DNA of 51,341 nt from NCBI GenBank assembly GCA_025453395.1, contig JALOQK010000009.1, positions 1 to 51,341 of the forward strand, given 5' to 3'. The notes below the pieces were generated by a model. It saw only the letters and a program-made list of their open reading frames with translations. It had not been told where the DNA came from and searched no databases. Positions 6,675 through 16,599 of the stretch are shown one piece after another. The translations under genes and the position numbers were made by a program. The stretch comes from Candidatus Omnitrophota bacterium. Lineage in GTDB: Bacteria; Omnitrophota; Gorgyraeia; Gygaellales; Profunditerraquicolaceae. Position 1 is the first letter of the stretch. Each line of letters opens with the position of its first letter.

Positions 6675-7759
6675 ACCGCTATATCTTAAAATCCGTATTA
6701 AGCATGTTCGCGGGATGCATCCTTGCTTTTAGTTTTCTCTATGTGATCATTGATATTTTTACCATCCTTGAAGATATCTTAAAACAAAAAACCTCTATCA
6801 TCCTGCTTGTTAAATATTACCTGTCTTTTATGCCATATATTTTTGTGCAGGTTTCCCCCTTTGCCGGCCTATTAAGTACCCTCTATACTTTCGGAAAATT
6901 AAACCGTGACAATGAAGTTATCGCCATGCGCTCATCCGGGTTAAGCATTATTAGCATCACCAAGACCGTGCTTATTTTTGGGCTGATCTCAAGCTTGGCA
7001 GTATTTTTGATTAACGACCGGATTGTGCCGCACGCCTTGGCAGAAAAACAAAGCCTCAAAGAAAGTATCGAAAAGGGCTCTAATAAGAAAGTTGATGCCA
7101 ACCTGCCGCTATACAACTTCTCTATGTACGGGCTTAAAAACCGCCTCTTTTTCGTCAACAGCTTTTCTCTGGCAACAAATACCATGGAGGGAATCACCAT
7201 ACTTGAACATGACGAAAAGCAAAACATCACCCGCAAGATCATCGCCGAAAAAGGCGTGTTCCAGGACGGATTCTGGACATTTTATAAAAGTATCACCTAT
7301 GACTTTGACCAAAATGGACAAATCAAAAATGAACCCTCTTTTTTAAGCGAAGAAATTATGACCATCCCCGAGACCCCGAAGGATTTCATAAATCAAAGAC
7401 AGGTGCCGGAATTAATGACTTCCTCGCAATTATCCAGTTACCTCTGGAGGCTTTCTAAAAGTGGCGCCATAGGCGCAATACGAAACTTAAAGATAGACCT
7501 TTACGAAAGATACGCCTCAAGCCTGACGAATATAATTATAATTCTTCTGGGGATACCGTTTGCCTTAATCATGAGAAGAAAAGCAACCGGCTTGTCTTCT
7601 TTAGGATTATCTCTTGCGATGGGATTTTTATATTATGTAGTTAACGCGGTAAGTATTGCCCTGGGCAAAGGCGGGTTTTTGCCTGCCTTTGCGGCTGTAT
7701 CTCTAAGCCACATCTTAGCAGCGGCCTTTAGCATATATCTTATTTCAAAACTTCCTTAA
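6662..7759 (+). CDS. lptG: LPS export ABC permease LptG (YjgP/YjgQ family)
   Basis: Begins MRILDRYI, typical of the family. Same architecture as the upstream paralog and overlaps it by 13 nt. Confidence 0.8.
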   Translation: MRILDRYILKSVLSMFAGCILAFSFLYVIIDIFTILEDILKQKTSIILLVKYYLSFMPYIFVQVSPFAGLLSTLYTFGKLNRDNEVIAMRSSGLSIISITKTVLIFGLISSLAVFLINDRIVPHALAEKQSLKESIEKGSNKKVDANLPLYNFSMYGLKNRLFFVNSFSLATNTMEGITILEHDEKQNITRKIIAEKGVFQDGFWTFYKSITYDFDQNGQIKNEPSFLSEEIMTIPETPKDFINQRQVPELMTSSQLSSYLWRLSKSGAIGAIRNLKIDLYERYASSLTNIIIILLGIPFALIMRRKATGLSSLGLSLAMGFLYYVVNAVSIALGKGGFLPAFAAVSLSHILAAAFSIYLISKLP

Positions 7760-8871
7760 ATATACACTCTGGGGATGCGGCTTCCTAAACCACAAACAAT
7801 TTCATAGGGTATTGTGCCGGATAAATTTGCCAGCTCTTCGGTAGTAATAGTATTCTTACCTTGAGACCCGATAAAAACCACTTCCTCGCCGATCTTTACC
7901 GTAGCGTTACCGACATCCACCATAATCTGATCCATGCAGATCCTTCCGCTTATCTTAAACTTTCTGCCGCCGATTAATACCGGGGCCAGATTAGAAAGAT
8001 TGCGCGGATATCCATCACCATAACCAATAGGAAGATTAACAATAGTAGAATTCTTGTCGGTAACATAGGTATAACCATAACTTATGCCATATCCTTTGGG
8101 CACGCGCTTAGCATAGACTATTTTTGATTTTAAACTTAACACTGGTTTTAGATTAATGGATAAGTTTTCATCCGGATAAAGCCCGTAAAGGACTAAGCCG
8201 GGCCTGACCATGTTAAAATGGCTTTGCTTGTAGGCGGCAATGCCCATACTATTTGCCGCATGCACAAGCGGGATATTTATTTTACTATGCTCTAACCTTC
8301 GTATTAAAGCCTCAAAGGTTCTGGCCTGATGCAAGGTAAAATCACGGTTAACATCCGCAAGGGACAAATGCGTGAAAATACCCTCTATCTCAAGCTGTGA
8401 TAGCCTCTTTAACCTGCACACAAAATCATAGGCCTGTTTGCATAAAACACCGAGTCTGCCCATGCCGGTATCTACTTTTACGTGCACCTTTACTTTGCGC
8501 GATTTAAGAAAAGCAGCCTTATTTAATGCGCGGGCAAAATCATAATCACAAAGCGTCTGGCTTAAATTGTATTTTAAGATAGGTGCAATATCGCCTTTAA
8601 GCGGCACGCCTAAAATAAGTATAGGCGACTTTATGCCTTTTTCTCTTAACAAAATCCCCTCGTCAATAGAAGCCACGCTTAGATAATCAACTGCCGAAGC
8701 TTCCAATTTCTTGGCCACAGGAATAAGCCCATGGCCATAGGCATCTGCTTTAACGCAAGCCATGACCTTAACATATCCTGGTATAATACTTTTAATCTCA
8801 AGCAAATTATGCTTAAGATTATTAAGATTAATTTCCGCCCATGTAGGACGGTACCCTATAGAGTTATGCAT
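7756..8871 (-). CDS. alr: alanine racemase
   Basis: PLP-lysine motif VKADAYGHG and N-terminal RPTWAEINL. Length 371 aa. Confidence 0.9.
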   Translation of the reverse strand: MHNSIGYRPTWAEINLNNLKHNLLEIKSIIPGYVKVMACVKADAYGHGLIPVAKKLEASAVDYLSVASIDEGILLREKGIKSPILILGVPLKGDIAPILKYNLSQTLCDYDFARALNKAAFLKSRKVKVHVKVDTGMGRLGVLCKQAYDFVCRLKRLSQLEIEGIFTHLSLADVNRDFTLHQARTFEALIRRLEHSKINIPLVHAANSMGIAAYKQSHFNMVRPGLVLYGLYPDENLSINLKPVLSLKSKIVYAKRVPKGYGISYGYTYVTDKNSTIVNLPIGYGDGYPRNLSNLAPVLIGGRKFKISGRICMDQIMVDVGNATVKIGEEVVFIGSQGKNTITTEELANLSGTIPYEIVCGLGSRIPRVYI

Positions 8872-8876
8872 AATTT

Positions 8877-9010
8877 TCAGCTTTCAGCTATCAGCTTTCA
8901 GCTATCAGCAAAACTAAAACCAAAACTAAAACCAAAAAAATAAAACTAAAAGTTAGTTTCGGTTTAGTATTTAGTTTTTAGCTGACGGCTGATAGCTGAC
9001 AGCTGACGGC
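8877..9010. repeat. heptamer-periodic long imperfect palindrome (19 units) between alr and tsaB
   Basis: TCAGCTT/TCAGCTA x4, then AAAACTA-type units, centre near 8950, TTTAGTT-type units, then CTGACGG/CTGATAG x4, which complement the first arm. Confidence 0.9.
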
Positions 9011-9681
9011 TTTCTTATTTGGCATTCCTTGGGATACAAATAAATCGGCTTTATCCCAAATGAATCCGTGAATTGCTTACACTGCAATTTTTCCTGCGCT
9101 ACCTGGACAAGATAACGCGGCTTAATCCCCCACCAATCCTTATCCAGAAAAAAGCTCTTATGGACAGAGGCCTGAAATTGTTTTTGATACAGAGAAAGCC
9201 CGTCCCCCACAAACAAACTGGGGCCTTTTATTTTAAGGCATAACTCTTCCGGAGTAACAAGCATATAATTTGACGATCTCTTAAAAACTTTGTGGTTTTG
9301 ATAAATAGCTGCGTAGACCATGCCTCGCCTGGCATCCATAACCGGAACAATCTGGATATTTCTTTCTTTGTCCGCTGCGGCTTTTGCCAAGACATCCAGC
9401 CCGCAAAGCCCAATAACCGGCTTATCCAAAGAAAACGCGATGCCTTTTATAAACGACAAGCCAATGCGGATACCGGTAAAAGACCCGGGCCCCAGATTTG
9501 CCGCCAAATAATCCAAATCTTCCCATTCCCAATTAAGACTTGTCAGGATTTGTGACAAAATATGCGTAATATTCTCAGAAAGTTTTACCCCGGTATAAAG
9601 ACGGTATTCATAGATCTTTTCACCATCTAAAATACCCACAGAAAAAAAGTTAGTGCTTGTATCAATAGCAAGTATTTTCAT
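8971..9681 (-). CDS. tsaB: tRNA t6A37 threonylcarbamoyltransferase complex subunit TsaB
   Basis: ILAIDTS start and GPGSFTGIRIG motif. The last ~11 codons (PSAVSYQPSAKN) are encoded by the heptamer repeat. Confidence 0.85.
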   Translation of the reverse strand: MKILAIDTSTNFFSVGILDGEKIYEYRLYTGVKLSENITHILSQILTSLNWEWEDLDYLAANLGPGSFTGIRIGLSFIKGIAFSLDKPVIGLCGLDVLAKAAADKERNIQIVPVMDARRGMVYAAIYQNHKVFKRSSNYMLVTPEELCLKIKGPSLFVGDGLSLYQKQFQASVHKSFFLDKDWWGIKPRYLVQVAQEKLQCKQFTDSFGIKPIYLYPKECQIRKPSAVSYQPSAKN

Positions 9682-10175
9682 ATCTTAAATTCCCGTAGTA
9701 ATTCCTGATAGCGCGCGCCTTTTGCGCTAAATAAGATCTGCCGAGATGTGTTCCCTGTTATCTTTAATTCTACCAGAAGGCATTCTTTTGGAAAGATCTT
9801 TCCTAATCGTTCTGGCCATTCAATCAAAGTAACCGCATCATCATAAAAATACTCTTCATAGCCGATATCGGCTATATCTTTTATCTTATCCAAGCGGTAT
9901 AAATCAAAGTGATTAAGCGGTATTTTACCAGATAAATACTGCTGCATAATTACAAAGGTGGGGCTGGTGACAGCGTTTTTTATGCTTAAGCCTTTTGCCA
10001 CGCCTTTGGCAAAAACAGTCTTACCGGCTCCTAAATTTCCTTTCAAACAGATAATATCTGCTTTCTTCAAGAAACCCGCCAACCGCCCTGCGATAGAAAG
10101 TGTCTTCTTAAAGGAAGAGGAATTCAATTTAAACTTAGAAATGCCGATAGCCTTGTGGTTGTATATTTTTTTCAT
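9678..10175 (-). CDS. tsaE: tRNA t6A37 ATPase TsaE
   Basis: P-loop GNLGAGKTVFAKG, SPTF and DLYRL motifs. The start may lie downstream, because the ORF overlaps the thiL end by 41 nt. Confidence 0.8.
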   Translation of the reverse strand: MKKIYNHKAIGISKFKLNSSSFKKTLSIAGRLAGFLKKADIICLKGNLGAGKTVFAKGVAKGLSIKNAVTSPTFVIMQQYLSGKIPLNHFDLYRLDKIKDIADIGYEEYFYDDAVTLIEWPERLGKIFPKECLLVELKITGNTSRQILFSAKGARYQELLREFKI

Positions 10176-11031
10176 CTTGGTTATTTAAAATAAGCTTTAT
10201 TCTTTCCTTCAAACAATTTATTTCACCAATAGGGTAAAAACAAAATTTATCCTGACGCATAAGTTTCTTGGCGCAATCAGAGTCCACAGTAAACAATAGC
10301 TCAAAATCCTCTCCATCTGTCAAAGAAGCTTTAAAATCCTTGGCCTGACTGGATACGGGAACAAGGTCCTGATAAAGCACTGCCCCTTTTTTACTCTGCT
10401 TTAAGATGTGGCCTAAGTCCTGGAGAAGGCCGTCAGAAATATCAATCATGGAATGAACCTTAAAATTCTCGGCTAAAAACCTTGCCTCTTTTAAGCGCGG
10501 GATAAATTTAAGGTGCTTTCCCTTGATTGATCCGCCTAAACTGCCGGTAGTAAAAATAATGTCCTTGTCGCGCGCTGCGCTTCTTAAAACAAGGCTATTC
10601 TTTTCAACCCTGCCGATCATACTTACATCTATAACTACTTTTTGGCTTTTGCTGATATCGCCTCCGACAAGATTTACTCCATACTCTTTACATGCGGCAA
10701 TAATGCCTTTGGTCAAACGGTCAACTTTATCAAGCGAAAGATCTTTTGGCAGGCCTAAAGAAATAACACAATGCTGCGGGACACCACAACAAGAAGCAAT
10801 GTCGCTTATAGAAACACAAACCGCTTTTCTGCCTACCCAATAAAAATCTGTGCCTTTTAAGAAATCCACGCCCTCTACAAGCATGTCACAAGTAAAAAGC
10901 TGGTATGATTTTTTGTCAAACTCTAATACCGCGCAATCATCGCCAGAACCAACGATAACTGATGTATCGGTTTTAATAGATTTCCTGATCCTATCTATCA
11001 AACCAAACTCGCCCAGCTTACTTATCTGCAT
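10135..11031 (-). CDS. thiL: thiamine-monophosphate kinase
   Basis: AIR-synthase-like fold motifs: GEFGLIDRI, GDDCAVL, DISDGL. Confidence 0.85.
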   Translation of the reverse strand: MQISKLGEFGLIDRIRKSIKTDTSVIVGSGDDCAVLEFDKKSYQLFTCDMLVEGVDFLKGTDFYWVGRKAVCVSISDIASCCGVPQHCVISLGLPKDLSLDKVDRLTKGIIAACKEYGVNLVGGDISKSQKVVIDVSMIGRVEKNSLVLRSAARDKDIIFTTGSLGGSIKGKHLKFIPRLKEARFLAENFKVHSMIDISDGLLQDLGHILKQSKKGAVLYQDLVPVSSQAKDFKASLTDGEDFELLFTVDSDCAKKLMRQDKFCFYPIGEINCLKERIKLILNNQDEKNIQPQGYRHF

Positions 11032-12061
11032 ATTTTTCTATGTTAAGTTTATATAACGGCTTGATAATTCCCCTGTCGGTAATAATCGCGGTTATTAAGT
11101 TATTAGGGGTTACATCAAATGCCGGATTCCAGAATTTTATTCCCTTGGCGGTAACTTGATTCTTAAAAAACAGGCTAGATACTTCTTCATGGCTTCTTTC
11201 TTCAATCAATATATCCATACCGGTTTTTATATCCAGATCAAAAGTGGAAAACGGCGCGGCAGCATAAAATGGTATCTTGTGATACTTTGCCAAAACTGCC
11301 AAGCTGTAAGTGCCGATTTTATTAGCAGTGTCCCCATTTAGGGCAATTCTATCCGCCCCGACAATCACCTTATCCACCGAACCGCTTTTCATAAGACTTG
11401 CCGCCATACTATCGCAGATAAGCGTAACATCAATACCGCTTCGTTTTAATTCCCAAGTGGTAAGCCGCGCCCCTTGTAAAAGGGGACGGGTTTCACAGGC
11501 AAAGACTTTTATATTCTTCCCCTGCTCATGGCTTTTATAAATTACGCCTAAGGCAGTTCCATAATCAATGGTCGCTAAGATTCCGGTATTACAAATAGTA
11601 AGAATGCGCTCATTTTTCTTAACCAGACTTGCGCCATAAGCGCCTATCCTGCGGCAAGATGCTCTATCCTCTTCTATAACCTTGTTTGCTTCCTGAAAAA
11701 GCGTCTTCTTTATTTTTTCTACTGACAAATGTTTAGCTTTATCAGAGACGCAAAGCATTCTCTCTAAACCCCAGAAAAGATTGCGCGCAGTAGGCCGTGA
11801 AGAAGCTAAATAATTAACCACTGATTTTAATTCTTTGTAAAATTGCGCGTAATCCTTGGCTTTGGAATCTTTAATCCCTAAATATACGCCTAAACAGGCG
11901 CTTGCGCCCAAAGCCGGTGCCCCACGCACCTTTAATTCCTTAATCGCCTGCCAAAGGACTTTGATATTCTTAATATCAATATACTTAAACTCTCCCGGCA
12001 AAAGAGTCTGATCGATCATGCGAATCCGGTTATTCTTCCATTCAATCGTACGAATACCCAT
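11018..12061 (-). CDS. mtnA: S-methyl-5-thioribose-1-phosphate isomerase (eIF-2B alpha/beta/delta family)
   Basis: VRGAPALGA and GADRIALNGDTANKIGTY motifs. ATG at 12061 has GGAGG 7 nt upstream. The longer ORF to 12106 starts at a GTG inside the repeat region. Confidence 0.8.
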   Translation of the reverse strand: MGIRTIEWKNNRIRMIDQTLLPGEFKYIDIKNIKVLWQAIKELKVRGAPALGASACLGVYLGIKDSKAKDYAQFYKELKSVVNYLASSRPTARNLFWGLERMLCVSDKAKHLSVEKIKKTLFQEANKVIEEDRASCRRIGAYGASLVKKNERILTICNTGILATIDYGTALGVIYKSHEQGKNIKVFACETRPLLQGARLTTWELKRSGIDVTLICDSMAASLMKSGSVDKVIVGADRIALNGDTANKIGTYSLAVLAKYHKIPFYAAAPFSTFDLDIKTGMDILIEERSHEEVSSLFFKNQVTAKGIKFWNPAFDVTPNNLITAIITDRGIIKPLYKLNIEKYADK

Positions 12062-12101
12062 ATTAATACCTCCATAATCACATGTTGTCACAAAGTCACA
12101 G

Positions 12102-12350
12102 ATCACAGGACATAATAAAGCGTAAAGCTAAAAGCGCAAAACTAAAAACTATAGCGTAAAATTAAAAACTTTTAAATCTTGAATTATGGTTTTACCTGCC
12201 TACCGGCAGGCAGGCCAAATAAATTCCAAATTTTAAATCCCAAACAAATTCAAAATCCCAAATCCAAAACTAGCGCGCAAAATCACAGGACACAATAAAG
12301 CGTAAAGCTAAAAGCGCAAAACTAAAAACTATAGCGGAAAATTAAGAACT
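12102..12350. repeat. two 69-nt direct repeats (period 180 nt) of the GCGTAAA family, flanking a GC hairpin and AAATYCC heptamers
   Basis: 12102-12170 and 12282-12350 differ at 3 positions. CCTGCC-TACC-GGCAGG lies at 12195-12210. AAATTCC AAATTTT AAATCCC ... lies at 12221-12270. Confidence 0.9.
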
Positions 12351-12397
12351 TGCTTATCATATTTTTTAACGTTTGGCTTGGCTGTGTTTTTGTAAGC

Positions 12398-13525
12398 TCA
12401 AAGACCAATCAACCTAGCCAACAAACTCTTCTTTACCTTAACCGCGGCCTTGGGACAGACTTCCTGACAACAGAAACAAGCGATACATTTCTTATAATCA
12501 AAGCACATCTTAGTATTCTCAAAAATTATTACCTGCTTCGGACAGGCTTTAATGCAAGCAAAACACTGGATACACTTAGAAGCATCAATATAAGGACGAT
12601 ATTTTATAAAGCTCATAATGAATCTTGCCACAGGCTCTGGCAATTTCTGACTCATGGCAGTCTTAGGAAGAAGAAACTTCCTGCCAATAACTTTCTCTAA
12701 AGGCTCACCTAAGACTTGAATATCGCTTTTTACAAAATCAAGCATCCCGATTCTTTTTGCCTCTTTATTTACTGGAACCGACAACGGGTCAATACCCATA
12801 ATAAGCGCTAATATATAATCCACAGCCAAGGCATCAGATCCTGCAACAATAATTTTCTCTTGCCTTAATTTTCCGCTTGTTGCCGGGCCATCACCCTCCA
12901 TCGCCACAATCCCATCAACGATATTGATCACCGGATTTGCGCTTTTATAAATATCCAATAACATGGCGGCAAAATCACTGGGACGGAAATATTTCTTGTG
13001 TAATTCAGTTTTAAAGCTTCCGCAAACTAAACCAAAAAGATTTTTTACTGCCGCGGTCATCAGCATCATCCCATGCGTTTTAAATTTAGGAATGTTAATA
13101 ATATAATCGCAATCCCCAATCCAAGCAGTCAACGGTATATTATTATAAAAACGCTTGGGCCCAAATAACACAAGCTCTACGCCCTCTTCTTTACAAACAC
13201 GCGTTATCCCTGATTGAGCATAAACCTCATTCACATTATTAATATATTTTCCCCAGGCGCTTGGGCTATCCCCTGCTACTATCCGGCATTCAAGCGGCTT
13301 CAAGAGGCGGATCACCGCGCGCAATACTTCCGGGTGCGTGGTAATGCCGGATTCTGGGCTAGCGGACATTAAAACATTTGGTTTTAATAAGACCGTGGAT
13401 TTTGGCTTAATCAAAGATTCTATCCCGCCTAAAAGCTTCACGGATTTGTTAACCGCTTCTTGCACTAATTCAGGAGTATAATCTTTGCAAGAAACAATGG
13501 AAACTTTATGCTTTGTCATATTCAA
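12398..13525 (-). CDS. DUF362-domain protein with C-terminal 2x[4Fe-4S] ferredoxin domain
   Basis: Two CxxCxxCxxxCP motifs (CIQCFACIKACP, CIACFCCQEVCP) follow a DUF362-like body. Confidence 0.75.
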   Translation of the reverse strand: MNMTKHKVSIVSCKDYTPELVQEAVNKSVKLLGGIESLIKPKSTVLLKPNVLMSASPESGITTHPEVLRAVIRLLKPLECRIVAGDSPSAWGKYINNVNEVYAQSGITRVCKEEGVELVLFGPKRFYNNIPLTAWIGDCDYIINIPKFKTHGMMLMTAAVKNLFGLVCGSFKTELHKKYFRPSDFAAMLLDIYKSANPVINIVDGIVAMEGDGPATSGKLRQEKIIVAGSDALAVDYILALIMGIDPLSVPVNKEAKRIGMLDFVKSDIQVLGEPLEKVIGRKFLLPKTAMSQKLPEPVARFIMSFIKYRPYIDASKCIQCFACIKACPKQVIIFENTKMCFDYKKCIACFCCQEVCPKAAVKVKKSLLARLIGL

Positions 13526-14286
13526 CCTTTTATGCCAAAGAAATTCTTGGCTTGCCTTGTAGTTATTTCCCCTACTTCTTCAGGGCCAACGCCTTTAATC
13601 TTTGCGATTTCTTCTGCCACATAAACCACATTTGCTGGTTCGTTTCTTTTACCGCGCAAACCCTCTGGCGACAGATACGGCGCGTCAGTCTCCAAAAACA
13701 TTCTTTCTAAAGGGCAAAATTTCACCAAATCGCGCAGATCTTGCGCTTTCTTATAAGTAATATTGCAGGTAAAAGAAACATAAAACCCCAAATCCAAACA
13801 TTTATCCAAAAAATCTTTGCCTCCGGCAAAACAATGCACCACTGCCCTCAAGGGCATATACTTTTTTAATAAGGAAATTGTTTCCTCCTGCGCAGAACGA
13901 GAGTGGATAACTAACGGTAAATTTAATTCTTTGGATAGGTTAACTTGCGCGATAAAGGCTTCTTCTTGTTTTTTGGGATTAGATAAATTTCGGTAAAAAT
14001 CAAGGCCCGTTTCTCCGATAGCAACAACTTTATCATTTGATGCTAAAACCTTAAGTTCAGCCAAAGAAGAAGCGTCAAAGCTATTTGCATCGTGCGGATG
14101 CACGCCAACAGAAGCGTAAACAAAATCGTTTTTCTTGCAAAGCTCTACTGCTCTTTTAGAAGCATCTAAATCTGAACCAACATTAATAATATACTTAACA
14201 TCTCTTTCAAGCGCGCGCCTAATAACATCAAGCCTGTCACTATCAAAATCAGAAAAATCCAAATGCGCGTGCGTATCTATATACAT
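13522..14286 (-). CDS. tatD: TatD-family metal-dependent DNase/hydrolase
   Basis: IDTHAHLD start, HCF.GG and ETDAPYL motifs. Confidence 0.9.
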   Translation of the reverse strand: MYIDTHAHLDFSDFDSDRLDVIRRALERDVKYIINVGSDLDASKRAVELCKKNDFVYASVGVHPHDANSFDASSLAELKVLASNDKVVAIGETGLDFYRNLSNPKKQEEAFIAQVNLSKELNLPLVIHSRSAQEETISLLKKYMPLRAVVHCFAGGKDFLDKCLDLGFYVSFTCNITYKKAQDLRDLVKFCPLERMFLETDAPYLSPEGLRGKRNEPANVVYVAEEIAKIKGVGPEEVGEITTRQAKNFFGIKG

Positions 14287-15783
14287 TTATTTTTTCTTTA
14301 TATCTATTCTTGGGAAAAGCGGTTCGCCTTTTTTGATTTCCTTATCGCCAAACTGTTCCCTTATCAGGCTTGAAGTCTTTGGCATAAATGGATACAGGAC
14401 AACAGCCACCTTCTTGATCACATCAACCAACAGGCGGATAAAACCTTTTAGCTCTTCGGTCTTGTTTTCTTTAGCCAGATTCCAGGGCTGGGTTTCTTCC
14501 ACATACTTATTGGCCATATTGATCAATTCCCAAATCTCTTCCAAGGCACTGCTAAAATCATATTTACTTGATAAACTGACGGCAACTTTTTCATGCAAGA
14601 TCCCAATTTTATTACGGATCTCTACTGCCCTTTGGTCTTTGGCTTCTGCTTGGGGGATAGCAGCTTGAAAATATTTCTCTACCATAGTCAGCGTTCGGTA
14701 AACAAGATTCCCCAAATCATTGGCCAGATCGCTATTGAATCTTTTGATAATTGATCCCTCGGAGAAATTGCCGTCTAAGCCAAAGGGGACATCCCTTAAG
14801 AGAAAATAACGATAAGTATCAATGCCAAATTTCTCAACCATCTCAAGAGGATTGACTACATTGCCGCGCGACTTGGACATTTTTGTATCGTCAATAAGCC
14901 ACCAGCCATGGGCAAATACTGTCTTGGGAGGTTCTATCCCCAAAGATTTAAGCATAATCGGCCAATAAACCGCGTGCTGTCTTAAGATATCTTTTCCAAT
15001 TAACTGCATGTCCGCCGGCCACCACCGAGACTGATAAGTGCCATCTGCGGATATTTCTCCGCAGGCGCTAATATAATTTATCAAGGCATCAAACCATACA
15101 TAAGTAACATGTTCCGGGCTAAAAGGCAAAGGTATCCCCCAGCTAAGACGCTCCCTAGGACGCGAAATGCAAAGATCGTCCAGTTTATTAAGATTCAGGA
15201 AGCTTAAAACTTCGTTGCGCCTTATTTCAGGCTTAATAAAATCTGGATTCTTTTTTATGTAGTCAACCAGCCAATCCTGATATTTGGAGAGCCTAAAAAA
15301 GAAATTGGTTTCCTTGATCAATTCAAGCGGCCTTTTGCAATCCGGACAAAGATTATCTGCGGCCTGAAGATGCGTCCAAAAAGCTTCGCATGGCGTGCAA
15401 TAAAGCCCTTCGTATTTGTCCTCGTAGATATCGCCTTTATCATAAACAATCTGCAAAACCTTCTGCACGAATTCTACATGGTGCTTATCAGTCGTGCGGA
15501 TAAAATAATCGTAGGAAATATTTAAACTCTCCCACAACTTCTTAAAATGCTCTACAGTTTCATTGGCAAAATCCAACGGGGCCATTTTCTTGGCATCGGC
15601 TGCTTTTTGGATCTTCTGGCCATGCTCATCGGTTCCGGTTAAGAAAAACACATTTTCTTTGCCCAAAACAAGCCGCGCCTGGCGCGCCAAGGTATCGGCG
15701 GCAATGGTAGTATAAGAATGCCCGATGTGAGGCGCGGCATTCACATAATAAAGAGGAGTCGTAATATAAAATTTCTTAGGCAT
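14287..15783 (-). CDS. metG: methionine--tRNA ligase (short form)
   Basis: HIGH-type PHIGHSYT and KMSKS motifs, plus a CPDC zinc knuckle. The start is trimmed to MPKKFYITTP (ATG at 15783). The upstream extension overlaps the preceding gene. Confidence 0.92.
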   Translation of the reverse strand: MPKKFYITTPLYYVNAAPHIGHSYTTIAADTLARQARLVLGKENVFFLTGTDEHGQKIQKAADAKKMAPLDFANETVEHFKKLWESLNISYDYFIRTTDKHHVEFVQKVLQIVYDKGDIYEDKYEGLYCTPCEAFWTHLQAADNLCPDCKRPLELIKETNFFFRLSKYQDWLVDYIKKNPDFIKPEIRRNEVLSFLNLNKLDDLCISRPRERLSWGIPLPFSPEHVTYVWFDALINYISACGEISADGTYQSRWWPADMQLIGKDILRQHAVYWPIMLKSLGIEPPKTVFAHGWWLIDDTKMSKSRGNVVNPLEMVEKFGIDTYRYFLLRDVPFGLDGNFSEGSIIKRFNSDLANDLGNLVYRTLTMVEKYFQAAIPQAEAKDQRAVEIRNKIGILHEKVAVSLSSKYDFSSALEEIWELINMANKYVEETQPWNLAKENKTEELKGFIRLLVDVIKKVAVVLYPFMPKTSSLIREQFGDKEIKKGEPLFPRIDIKKK

Positions 15784-16594
15784 CTTTAATAGGATTTTTA
15801 TTTTCTTTGTTTTCGTTAAAATCAAGTTCCGCATATCCGCCCTCTTCAAGCTCAAGAGTGGCTTTGCGCTTAAAGACATTAACTGAAATAACTTTGCCCT
15901 TGCCTTGAGGACAAGTTAATTTCTCTCCCTCGCGAGGCAGGCCCTTAGAAAGCGCCTTATAAGTATCATATTCATAACTTAAGCAACACATAAGCCTTCC
16001 GCAAAGACCTGAGATCTTGGGCGGGTTTAAAGGCAAACCCTCTTCCTTTGCCATTTTAATGGTTACCGGCTCAAAATCTTTTAAGAATTTCCTGCAGCAA
16101 AGTTCCCTGCCGCAAGAGCCAATGCCTCCAAAAAGCCTGGCCTCATCGCGCACGCCAATTTGGCGCAATTCAATGCGCGCCTTAAAGACCTTTGCCAGGT
16201 CTTTTACCAGCTCACGAAAATCCACTCGGCCAGATGCGGTAAAATAGAAAATTATCTTGGTGCGGTCAAAAGAATACTCTGCTGCCACAAGCTTCATATC
16301 CAATTTATGCTCTTCTATTTTCTTAACGCATGAAGTAAACGCCTCTTTGGCTCTTATTTTGTTTTCCTCAATCTGCTTAACATCTGCTTCGGCTGCCTGG
16401 CGCACTATCTTTTTTATTATTTCTTTGGCGCTGTTGGCTACCGTGGGCTCATTAGGAGAAACTACTTTTCCGTAGTCAATGCCCCGGTCATGCTCAACTA
16501 TGACTAAACATCCTTCTTTAATATCTAAAGAGGCGCCCGAACAGGTACAAACCTGTCCGCAAGCCCTTAAACGCACCATTATTGTCTTTTCCAT
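15776..16594 (-). CDS. PSP1-domain protein (RicT/YaaT-like)
   Basis: PSP1 C-terminal domain pattern with Cys-rich CGRELCCRKF and CGRLMCCL. Shows the conserved tmk-holB-yaaT gene order. Confidence 0.8.
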   Translation of the reverse strand: MEKTIMVRLRACGQVCTCSGASLDIKEGCLVIVEHDRGIDYGKVVSPNEPTVANSAKEIIKKIVRQAAEADVKQIEENKIRAKEAFTSCVKKIEEHKLDMKLVAAEYSFDRTKIIFYFTASGRVDFRELVKDLAKVFKARIELRQIGVRDEARLFGGIGSCGRELCCRKFLKDFEPVTIKMAKEEGLPLNPPKISGLCGRLMCCLSYEYDTYKALSKGLPREGEKLTCPQGKGKVISVNVFKRKATLELEEGGYAELDFNENKENKNPIKDA

Positions 16595-16599
16595 GAGAT

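Noticed and set aside
15784-15879. N-terminal extensions of the ORF-track calls for metG, holB (17569-17622), tmk (18225-18335), mlaF (25687-25761), mtnA (12062-12106), clpC (28891-28902) and the FAD oxidoreductase (3937-3948).
   Set aside because: The extensions overlap upstream genes or repeats and lack homology to the families. Internal ATGs with Shine-Dalgarno sequences sit at the canonical family N-termini.
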